A stretch of 64,000 bases of DNA, from assembly GCA_965213675.1 (NCBI GenBank), contig OZ243916.1, positions 576,001-640,000 on the forward strand, given 5' to 3'. Position numbers and translations under genes: made by a program. Origin of the DNA: an uncultured Candidatus Binatia bacterium. GTDB lineage: Bacteria; Desulfobacterota; Binatia; UBA9968; JAJDTQ01. The notes under the pieces are model-generated. The model was not told where the DNA came from. It ran no database searches and was given only the letters and a program-made list of their open reading frames with translations. Positions 56,699 through 64,000 of the stretch are shown in pieces (the stretch's first letter is position 1; each line of letters opens with the position of its first letter).

Positions 56699-58453
56699 GT
56701 GCAGCACCAGGGACGTGGCTCTTCCGACGTTCGCTACCAGCCTGACGAAAAACCGCCATTGGCGCTGTCGGCCGGGTTGGGCCTTCAACTCGCGATCCTC
56801 TCCATTTCCGGGGTCGTTCTGACGCCGGCCGTGGTCATCCGGGCGGCGGGCGGGAGCGAAAGTTATCTTGCCTGGGCGGTGTTCGCGGCGGTGGCCGTCA
56901 GCGGACTCACCACCATCCTCCAGGCCGTGCGCGTCGGCCGCTTCGGCGCCGGCCACGTGCTGCTGATGGGCACGTCCGGCGCCTTCATCGCGGTCTGCGT
57001 CGGCGCGTTGGCACAGGGAGGCCCGGCGCTGCTGGCGACCCTGGTCCTGGTCTCGTCGTTCTTTCAATTCATCCTGTCGTCGCGGCTGTCGCTGCTCCGG
57101 CGCATCCTCACGCCGGGGGTTGCGGGGACCGTGCTCATGTTGATCCCCGTGACGGTCATGCCCATCGTTTTCGGCATGCTGGGCGACGTGCCGGAGGGCT
57201 CCCCGCCCCTGGCGGCGCCGTTGAGCGCGCTGGCCACCGTCGTGGTGGTGATCGGCATCGCGTTGAAAGCCAGCGGGCCGCTGCGCCTGTGGGCGCCGGT
57301 GATCGGCGTGGTGGCGGGCTCCGTCGCGGCCCATGGCTTCGGTCTGTACGACACCGGTCTCGTGGCCGATTCCGCCTGGGTGGGGCTTCCGGACGGCCAA
57401 TGGCCGGGACTGGATCTGAGTTTCGGCGCGGCTTTCTGGTCGCTGTTGCCCGCGTTCGTATTCGTGACCCTGGTCGGGGCCATCGAGACCATCGGCGACG
57501 GCATGGCCATTCAGCGGGTCTCCTGGCGCGACGGTCGGGCGGTGGACTTTCGCCGGGTGGAGGGCGCGGTGGCGGCCGACGGCGTGGGCAATCTGCTCTC
57601 CGGGCTCGGCGGGACGGTGCCGAACACTACCTACTCCACCAGCATCGCCGTGACGGAGTTGACCGGGGTGGCCTCACGCAACGTCGGCATCGCCATCGGC
57701 GTCATCTTCCTTGTGGTGGCCTTTTTTCCCAAGGCGCTGGCGCTTATCCTGGCGATTCCGGCGCCCGTGGCGGCCGCCTACGTCACGGTGCTCCTCGCCA
57801 TGCTGTTCGTGGTGGGCATGAAGCTGGTGCTCCAGGAAGAGATCAGCTATCGCAGCGGGCTCATCGTCGGTGTTTCCTTCTGGGCCGGGGTCGGCTTTCA
57901 GAACGGCGTGATCTACCCCGAGTACTTTGCCGGCTTCGCCGGCGGGCTGCTGCAGAACGGCATGACCGCGGGCGGGCTGGCGGCCATCCTCATGACCTTG
58001 TTCGTGGAGCTGACCGGTCCCCGCCCGAGCCGCATCGAAGTGCCCTTCGGCCTGGAAGCGTTGCCGAAGATCCGCGAGTTTCTCGCGAGTTTCGTTTCGC
58101 GCGGCGGCTGGGACAAGGCCACCGCGGACCGGCTTGACGCGGTGGCCGAGGAAACCCTGCTGACGCTTGTGGGTCAGGATGAGGCCGGCGCGGCAACGCA
58201 GCCGCGGCGCCTGCGCCTGACCGCCCGCAGGGAAAGTGGCGGGGCGCTCCTGGAGTTCGTGGCCGCGCCCGGGAGCGAGAACATCGAGGACAGCATGGCC
58301 CTGCTCGGAACCGGCCCCGTGGAGGCCCCGGACGAGCACGAGATTTCCCTGCGGCTGCTGCGGCACCTCGCCTCACGGGTGCATCACCAGCAATATCATG
58401 GCACGGACATCGTGACCGTTCACGTGGACACGGCGGCACGGGGTAAGCCGTAA
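56699..58453 (+). CDS. NCS2/xanthine-uracil permease family protein fused to a C-terminal anti-sigma-kinase (HATPase_c_2)-like domain
   Basis: Y-x-PDEKPP, TILQA-R-G, GTSGAF, IETIGD, ADGVGN, PNTTYS; C-terminal about 145 aa LPKIREFL...AEETLLTL...ISLRLLRHLASRVHH. Confidence 0.8.
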   Translation: MQHQGRGSSDVRYQPDEKPPLALSAGLGLQLAILSISGVVLTPAVVIRAAGGSESYLAWAVFAAVAVSGLTTILQAVRVGRFGAGHVLLMGTSGAFIAVCVGALAQGGPALLATLVLVSSFFQFILSSRLSLLRRILTPGVAGTVLMLIPVTVMPIVFGMLGDVPEGSPPLAAPLSALATVVVVIGIALKASGPLRLWAPVIGVVAGSVAAHGFGLYDTGLVADSAWVGLPDGQWPGLDLSFGAAFWSLLPAFVFVTLVGAIETIGDGMAIQRVSWRDGRAVDFRRVEGAVAADGVGNLLSGLGGTVPNTTYSTSIAVTELTGVASRNVGIAIGVIFLVVAFFPKALALILAIPAPVAAAYVTVLLAMLFVVGMKLVLQEEISYRSGLIVGVSFWAGVGFQNGVIYPEYFAGFAGGLLQNGMTAGGLAAILMTLFVELTGPRPSRIEVPFGLEALPKIREFLASFVSRGGWDKATADRLDAVAEETLLTLVGQDEAGAATQPRRLRLTARRESGGALLEFVAAPGSENIEDSMALLGTGPVEAPDEHEISLRLLRHLASRVHHQQYHGTDIVTVHVDTAARGKP

Positions 58454-58478
58454 GACTCGTGGAGGGTTGGGCGGAAGT

Positions 58479-58555
58479 TGGTGGCGGTGGCTGGACTTGA
58501 ACCAGCGACGCCGCGGATATGAGCCGCGTGCTCTGACCAACTGAGCTACACCGCC
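58479..58555 (-). tRNA. tRNA-Met(CAU), elongator type
   Basis: 77-nt cloverleaf GGCGGTG...CACCGCC-ACCA, loop CTCATAT; G1-C72 pair argues against initiator (Ile2 not excluded). Confidence 0.93.
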
Positions 58556-58626
58556 AACGTGTCTCCAGGAAGGATGGGTCAGGGTGGCTCGGGCGCTCAG
58601 GCCCGCGCACCCGGACAGCCACTCTC

Positions 58627-58655
58627 ATCATAAAACGCGGCCCGCCAACATGCAA
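58627..58655 (-). promoter_or_regulatory. Promoter of tRNA-Met
   Basis: Minus strand TTGCAT-N17-TATGAT. Confidence 0.6.
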
Positions 58656-58780
58656 GCCAATGCCGCGGCGGCGCGTTTGCCTGCCCCACATTTGCCGCCC
58701 CAATACCTCCAGGTGTTCTTTAGACGTTCTGAGCCCAGACATTCTCAAGCCATATTTTCGAATGGGTCGGTTTCTTTTCG

Positions 58781-58832
58781 TTGACAATCGTGTTGCGCGT
58801 GTTAGCCTGTTACAGGTGTTACGTTTTGCAAC
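58781..58832 (+). promoter_or_regulatory. Putative promoter/operator upstream of the giant surface protein
   Basis: TTGACA-N16-TAGCCT with extended TG; four TGTT(A/G) repeats; TGTTGC...GCAACA and CCTGTTACAGG dyads. Confidence 0.4.
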
Positions 58833-59082
58833 AAGGAGAGGCCGGCATGGGTTGTCCTGACCGTGAAAACTCAGACCACCAGCCACGGTCCGGCGGTCAG
58901 CGGTTCCCCCTTGTGCCGAATCTCGCTCCAGAGCAGGCCTTCGAAAGGCTGCGGGGTCGGCGCCCACAAATGAAAAGTTCAACAAACACATCACCAAACA
59001 CGGTGAGCAGGGCGTGGTCACAGCGCTTCAGAAATTCATGCGCTCCTGATGCGTTCGGGCGCATGGTTTTGGAGTCAGCATC

Positions 59083-62000
59083 ATGTGTAATGCAACATCC
59101 ATTGTCGCCGTCGTCACCCGAAGGGCTTCACGTTACCGGCATCCTGCCGGCCCCACTCCGTGGGCGCTTTTTGCCTTTGCCTTGATCCTGTGCGCGGCGC
59201 CGGGTCTTCTGGTCGCTATCCCAGGCGCCGAGGCGCAGACGCCCCCACGCTCCACCATCACGCTGACGACCGACACGGCGTCGTTGAACGAGAACAGGGT
59301 GGGAGTGCCGGTTCGAGTCACCGCCACGCTGTCGGCAACCTCGTCGAGCGACGTTGTCGTCGTGTTCGACTTCACGGGCGGCACCGCCGAGCCCGGCGAC
59401 GACGACACCCCGCTGGACTTCGTGCCCGGCGGAGCCGACCGGATGACCATTCCGGCGGGGCAACTCACGGCCACGCAGCAGATTTCGTTGCGTACGGTGG
59501 ACGACAACTTCTGGGAGAGTACGGAAACCATCGGTATCGGTGGCGCTACCGATGCGGACTTCGACGTGACCGGCGCCGTGATAACCCTCTTGGACAAGGA
59601 CACCAAGCCGCACATCACGCTCTCCAAACCTCCCGGTACCCCTTCGATTGAGGAAGGCTTCAGCGCTACATTCAAACTCACGGCGACGCTTCAAGGCGAC
59701 CCGGTCCAGGCCGACATTCCCATCAAGCTGACCGTGACGCTGCCGACAGGGACCAACGCGGAACAGGACATCCAATGGACTCCTGATCCCACGACCTGGA
59801 GCATGGTGATACCGGCCGAGGGCCGGAGCGCCGAACTCAAGGTGACGCAAACGAATCCCGATGATGATCGTGCGGAGCGCCAGGGGCAAGTCTACTATGG
59901 CGGCACGGCCACCGCTTTGGGCGAAAGTATCCCCGTCCGTAGAGTCGGACATTTTGTGAACCCCTCGGACATACTGAACTACTCCTGGGGAATTCTCGGC
60001 GACCGATCCATCCCTTCGGGCAAGCCTGCGGAGGTCAAGTTTTACGTACAGCTCTACAGCGCGGCGGTTCCAGAGGATGGCGTCACCGTGACGCTCGCGC
60101 CGCGCGTTTCGGACAAGGAACTTCGCAAAGCGTTCGCGCCGCCTTCGCAGACGTTTACGTTCGCGGCAACCAACGAGTGCAGCAAGCGAATCAATGCACA
60201 GAAGAAGGGTTTGTGCAGAAAGGAAATCGTCTGGTCGGTGACGCCACCGGCACTGGACAGCCTCACGGAGATAGGGTTCACGGCAAGCATCGATGCTCCC
60301 AACGCGGAGATTCCGCCCAAGCTCAACAAGTCCCCCTGGAACGTCCTCAGCCTTCTTCGCTCACTCGGCCCGCTGAGCGTCGACAAGGAACTCCAATTGA
60401 ACGCGACCCTTACCGGCGTCGGTGGTCGGCAGGCCTACAAGGCAAACGACAAGATCTACTTTGTGGTGGTGTTCGACCGCGGGATTTCGCCGCCTTCAGA
60501 CTTGAAGCTCCGCATCCATCTCGACAGCGGACCGCGGGATATCCCTTGCGCGGCTCCCCAGGGCAATGAACACAGGATCGAGTGCGCGTACACCGTGAAA
60601 GCGGGAGACTACGACTTCGACAAGAAGATCCGCGTGGACGCGGGCGCCCTCGGCCTCGGTGCCACGGTGACGGACCCCAACGATCCCGGCACGAACTGGC
60701 CGGCCCCCGTGGTTCCCGCGAAGCGCATCGACATCACGGTGCCTTTGGAGATCTACGGAGGCCAGCGTGTTCTTCAGGCCACCGCGACGGCCCTCGAGGG
60801 TTTTCGGGAGGGCGGCGGCAAGCAGGATGTCAAGGTCCTCATCACCGACATCACCCGGACGCCATCGCCGCGGGATCTGGTGATCCCGGTCGCGGTTTCG
60901 CACGGCACCACCAGCGCGGGCGACTGGAAGGTCACCCGTGCGGGGTCCGTCACCATTGAAGCGGGCAAGCACGAGGGCACCGGCACCATCCAGTTGGAGG
61001 CCGCACTGGATGGCGTCAAGGAAGGCCAGGAAACCGTCCTGATCGGCGGATCGGGAGTGGTGGTCCGGCCCGCGAAGCTGGTCCTGAATGACGCTCCGGA
61101 GCTGCTCCTGTCCGCCAGTCCGGCGACACTCAGCGAGGGGGACGGGCAGGTGACGCTGACCTTGCGGGTGGAAGTCGAACAGGGCGCCCTTGCGTTCGGT
61201 CACGACCTGAACGTCTTCGTCTTTCCCACGGGCAGCGCGCGGGTCGGCTACGGCCAGGGCGCATACGACGTCCTGTTCCCCCGCACCGGCGCTTCGTTCA
61301 AACTGCCGGCGGGACAACTGTTCGCCACCAAAGAGTTGGAAGTGACGGTCGTGGACGACCGGCTCGTGGAGGGGCCCGAACAGATGAGACTCGTGGGATG
61401 GGTGCCTTTCGTCAGCGTGCGGTCGGCCAACATCAATGTGGTGGACAACGATGCGGCGCCCGATGTGAAGCTTGTGGCGAGCCCCAACCGCATTCAGGAG
61501 GGCGGCGGCAAACAGAACGTGCAGGTGAGCGCGGAGCTCACGGGTTCGGTGCTTTCGGATGACGTGATGGTGACTGTGGATGTCGGCGGGGAGGCCAAGG
61601 AGGGGACGTCCTCCGTGGCTGACCGGGATTTCACGGCTTCCTGGAGCCCGTCTGCCCGGAAGATTCGGATCCCCGCCGGGCAGTCCAATGGGGTCTCCCA
61701 GGTCACCCTGAGCGTGGACCCGCTGGACGACGCCTTGGCGGAGGGGCCCGAGACCATCGCGGTGGAGGGAACGGCCGAGCAGCAGAACGGCGCGAAGACC
61801 AAGCTCTCGGTGCAAGTGGCCGACGTGGAGATGGAGGACAACGACACGCCGGGCGTTGAGGTGAAGCCCACGACCATGACTGTGGAGGCCGGGCTTTCGG
61901 TGACCTACGCGGTGCGGTTGCTCAGCCAACCCGACCTTGCGACCGGCGAGAAGGTGCGGGTCGCGCCGCGGGTGCCGGGCGGGGCGTACCTGTCCGCCCA

Positions 62001-64000
62001 ACCCGCCGCCCTGGAGTTCGACGCGAACAACTGGAGCACCGCACAGTCGCTCACGGTGGTGGTGCGCCCGGATGCCCCCACCGGCGACGTCACGATCCCG
62101 CACACCGTACGCGGCGGGGACTATCTCACGGTGACGGCCGATCCGGTCACCGTTTCCGTGGTCAAGGCGCCCGTCCTGACCTTGAGCCTGGACAACGCTT
62201 CCATCGGCGAGAATGGCGGGGTTGCCACCGTCACTGCGTCGCTGGACAAGGCATCGGCCGTGCCCGTCACCGTCACGGTGGGGGCGGCCGCCAAAGCGCC
62301 GGCGGTGGCGCGGGATTTCGTTCTGAGCGTCGCGAAGACGCTCACCATCGCGGCGGCGTCCACCAGCAGTTCCGGCACGGTCACCATCACCGCCAGGGAT
62401 AACGACTTCTACGCGCCCGAGGGCCGGGAGGTGACGGTTTCGGGGACGGTTTCCGGCCATGACGGCGTCGAAGCGCCCGCGGAACGGACCCTCGGGATCA
62501 CGGACGACGACGTCAGACCGTCGTTTTCCGTGGCTTCCGTGGCTGGCCCCGAGAACAAGAACCTCGTCTTCACGGTGACCCGGAACGGCGCGAGCGCGAA
62601 TCCGGTGTCCGTGAAGTGGGCCACCGCCCTGGACACGGCGGAAGACGCGGTGGCCGCGTCCGCCGGCGATTTCACCGAGGTTTCCACGGCGCGGGCGCTC
62701 AGCTTCGCCGCGGGAGTCACCACGAAGAAGCTGACGGTCGCGGTCACCAACGACAAGCTCGACGAGCCCGCCCGCGAGACGTTTGTGGTGGTCTTGAGCG
62801 AACCGTCCGCCATCGCCGAGATCGCCCAGGATGGAGGGAGGGCCGCCGGAGGCATCACCGATGACGACGATCCGCCGGTGTTCTCCATCACCGGAGGTTC
62901 CGCCACGGAGGGCGACGAGGTCACGTTTGCCGTCGTTCGCGCCGGCGCGGTGGACAATGTGGTGACGGTGGCGGTGCACACGGCCGAGGACGGCGCCGAA
63001 GACGCCAATCCGGCCGCCGCCACGGACTATACCGCCATCGCGCCCGCCCGGACCCTCACGTTCGGCAAGGGGGTCACGCGCCAGGAGGTGAAGGTCCCAA
63101 CCACGGAGGACGACCTCTACGAAGCCGACGACGAGACTTTTCTCGCGGTGCTGAGCGGCCCGGCGCTGGCCACGGGTGATCCTGGAACCGGGGTGAGCAT
63201 CGCGGCGGACGGCGGCAGCGCCGAGGGAACCCTCAAGGACGACGACACGCAGCCAGCCTTCTCCATCGCCAACGCCAAGGCTGGCGAGGGCGACCCGGTC
63301 ACGTTCACGGTGACGCGCGCGGGGGCCATGGACAACGTCGTTTCCGTGTATTGGAGCACCAAGGCGCATTCCGGTGACGGCGTGACCCCGGCATCCGCGG
63401 ATGACTACACCGGGACGACCACTGCCACGAAGCTCGACTTCGCCGCGAGCGTCGCCACCGTGACCTTTACGGTAGCGACCACGGAAGACGCCACCGACGA
63501 GCCCGACGAGACCTTCGTGGCGGAGCTTGCCAACCCGGGCGGCGGGGCGAGGGTCGCCAAGGCGCGGGCCGTGGGGACCATCGAAGACGACGACGATCTG
63601 CCAACGGCCACGTTGAAGCTCACGCCGGACACCATTGCGGAGGCCGGCGGAGCAACCACGGTCACCGCGACCCTCAGTCATCCATCGTCCAAGGCGCTGA
63701 CGCTTGCCGTTGGCGCGAAGCCGGTTGCGCCCGCCACCGCTAGTGCCTACGCGGTGAGCGCGCACAAAACGCTTACCATCGCCGCGGGCACCACTTCGAG
63801 CACCGGCGACGTCACCATCACCGCCAACCCCAACAACGTCGATGCCAGCGACGCCCAGGTGACCGTGACCGCCGCGGCCAATGGAGGCCGGGGCGTGCTC
63901 GCGCCCGCCGCCGTGACGCTTGCCATCACCGACGACGACGCACTGCCGGGTTTCGCGGTGGCCGATGCGGCCGCCGCCGAGGGCGATGCGGCGTCCTTTG
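59083..64000 (+). CDS. Giant secreted/surface protein with multiple Calx-beta repeats (3' end beyond window; at least 1639 aa)
   Basis: Not in the track because there is no stop in the window; frame read open from ATG 59083 at all positions spot-checked; signal peptide ..AEA/Q; repeated TIPAG, VDD-x-x-x-E-x-x-ET, I-x-DDD, A-x-EGD-x-V-x-F units. Confidence 0.88.
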   Translation, partial: MCNATSIVAVVTRRASRYRHPAGPTPWALFAFALILCAAPGLLVAIPGAEAQTPPRSTITLTTDTASLNENRVGVPVRVTATLSATSSSDVVVVFDFTGGTAEPGDDDTPLDFVPGGADRMTIPAGQLTATQQISLRTVDDNFWESTETIGIGGATDADFDVTGAVITLLDKDTKPHITLSKPPGTPSIEEGFSATFKLTATLQGDPVQADIPIKLTVTLPTGTNAEQDIQWTPDPTTWSMVIPAEGRSAELKVTQTNPDDDRAERQGQVYYGGTATALGESIPVRRVGHFVNPSDILNYSWGILGDRSIPSGKPAEVKFYVQLYSAAVPEDGVTVTLAPRVSDKELRKAFAPPSQTFTFAATNECSKRINAQKKGLCRKEIVWSVTPPALDSLTEIGFTASIDAPNAEIPPKLNKSPWNVLSLLRSLGPLSVDKELQLNATLTGVGGRQAYKANDKIYFVVVFDRGISPPSDLKLRIHLDSGPRDIPCAAPQGNEHRIECAYTVKAGDYDFDKKIRVDAGALGLGATVTDPNDPGTNWPAPVVPAKRIDITVPLEIYGGQRVLQATATALEGFREGGGKQDVKVLITDITRTPSPRDLVIPVAVSHGTTSAGDWKVTRAGSVTIEAGKHEGTGTIQLEAALDGVKEGQETVLIGGSGVVVRPAKLVLNDAPELLLSASPATLSEGDGQVTLTLRVEVEQGALAFGHDLNVFVFPTGSARVGYGQGAYDVLFPRTGASFKLPAGQLFATKELEVTVVDDRLVEGPEQMRLVGWVPFVSVRSANINVVDNDAAPDVKLVASPNRIQEGGGKQNVQVSAELTGSVLSDDVMVTVDVGGEAKEGTSSVADRDFTASWSPSARKIRIPAGQSNGVSQVTLSVDPLDDALAEGPETIAVEGTAEQQNGAKTKLSVQVADVEMEDNDTPGVEVKPTTMTVEAGLSVTYAVRLLSQPDLATGEKVRVAPRVPGGAYLSAQPAALEFDANNWSTAQSLTVVVRPDAPTGDVTIPHTVRGGDYLTVTADPVTVSVVKAPVLTLSLDNASIGENGGVATVTASLDKASAVPVTVTVGAAAKAPAVARDFVLSVAKTLTIAAASTSSSGTVTITARDNDFYAPEGREVTVSGTVSGHDGVEAPAERTLGITDDDVRPSFSVASVAGPENKNLVFTVTRNGASANPVSVKWATALDTAEDAVAASAGDFTEVSTARALSFAAGVTTKKLTVAVTNDKLDEPARETFVVVLSEPSAIAEIAQDGGRAAGGITDDDDPPVFSITGGSATEGDEVTFAVVRAGAVDNVVTVAVHTAEDGAEDANPAAATDYTAIAPARTLTFGKGVTRQEVKVPTTEDDLYEADDETFLAVLSGPALATGDPGTGVSIAADGGSAEGTLKDDDTQPAFSIANAKAGEGDPVTFTVTRAGAMDNVVSVYWSTKAHSGDGVTPASADDYTGTTTATKLDFAASVATVTFTVATTEDATDEPDETFVAELANPGGGARVAKARAVGTIEDDDDLPTATLKLTPDTIAEAGGATTVTATLSHPSSKALTLAVGAKPVAPATASAYAVSAHKTLTIAAGTTSSTGDVTITANPNNVDASDAQVTVTAAANGGRGVLAPAAVTLAITDDDALPGFAVADAAAAEGDAASF

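Noticed and set aside
58479-58555. tRNA-Met as island boundary or initiator tRNA
   Set aside because: No integrase or att duplicate seen; the G1-C72 pair and absence of the GGG/CCC anticodon-stem run argue against fMet.
58860-59080. c-di-GMP riboswitch in the adhesin leader (GAAA-containing hairpin GCCTTCGAAAGGC)
   Set aside because: The flanking GGCAAA/GACGCAAA consensus elements are absent; an Infernal search would be needed to revisit this.
1-64000. CRISPR array, rRNA, prophage or transposase genes
   Set aside because: No regularly spaced direct repeats, rRNA-like sequence, or phage/transposase motifs were recognised.

Overview
GC-rich bacterial chromosomal window. The content (many paralogous OCD/mu-crystallin, Rieske, MmgE/PrpD, Bug and NitT/TauT genes plus a giant Calx-beta protein) resembles an uncultured deltaproteobacterial/Binatia-like, possibly sponge-associated organism; that is inference only. 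Left end (about 1-5.5 kb): a toxin-antitoxin cluster with Phd-ParE, AbiEi/AbiEii and decayed HicB/ParE remnants, around a split, order-swapped spermidine-synthase-like/membrane pair. Next come a coxSLM-like Mo-hydroxylase that lacks the CODH motif, msrPQ, DUF368, asnS, prpB/prpD and tRNA-Lys. The central operon-like run is the most notable part: PaaK-like CoA ligase, a T4-Rnl1-like ligase hidden inside a mis-started ORF, a PpcA/AbcA-like UbiD (de)carboxylase, a Ppc-gamma/AbcD-like small subunit, then DUF1302/DUF1329. Further right are two Rieske oxygenase clusters, an ABC transporter, fbp-fbaB, an output-less Cache-HAMP sensor, a 52-aa basic ORF missed by the track, an AlbA_2/HATPase protein, an NCS2 permease with a degenerate substrate motif fused to an anti-sigma-kinase-like domain, tRNA-Met, and a >1600-aa Calx-beta surface protein that runs off the window. 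A 139-bp palindromic element occurs twice (113/139 identical by manual ungapped count), with a CTAG-type end found at a third site. All family calls come from motif recognition; no database searches were run.
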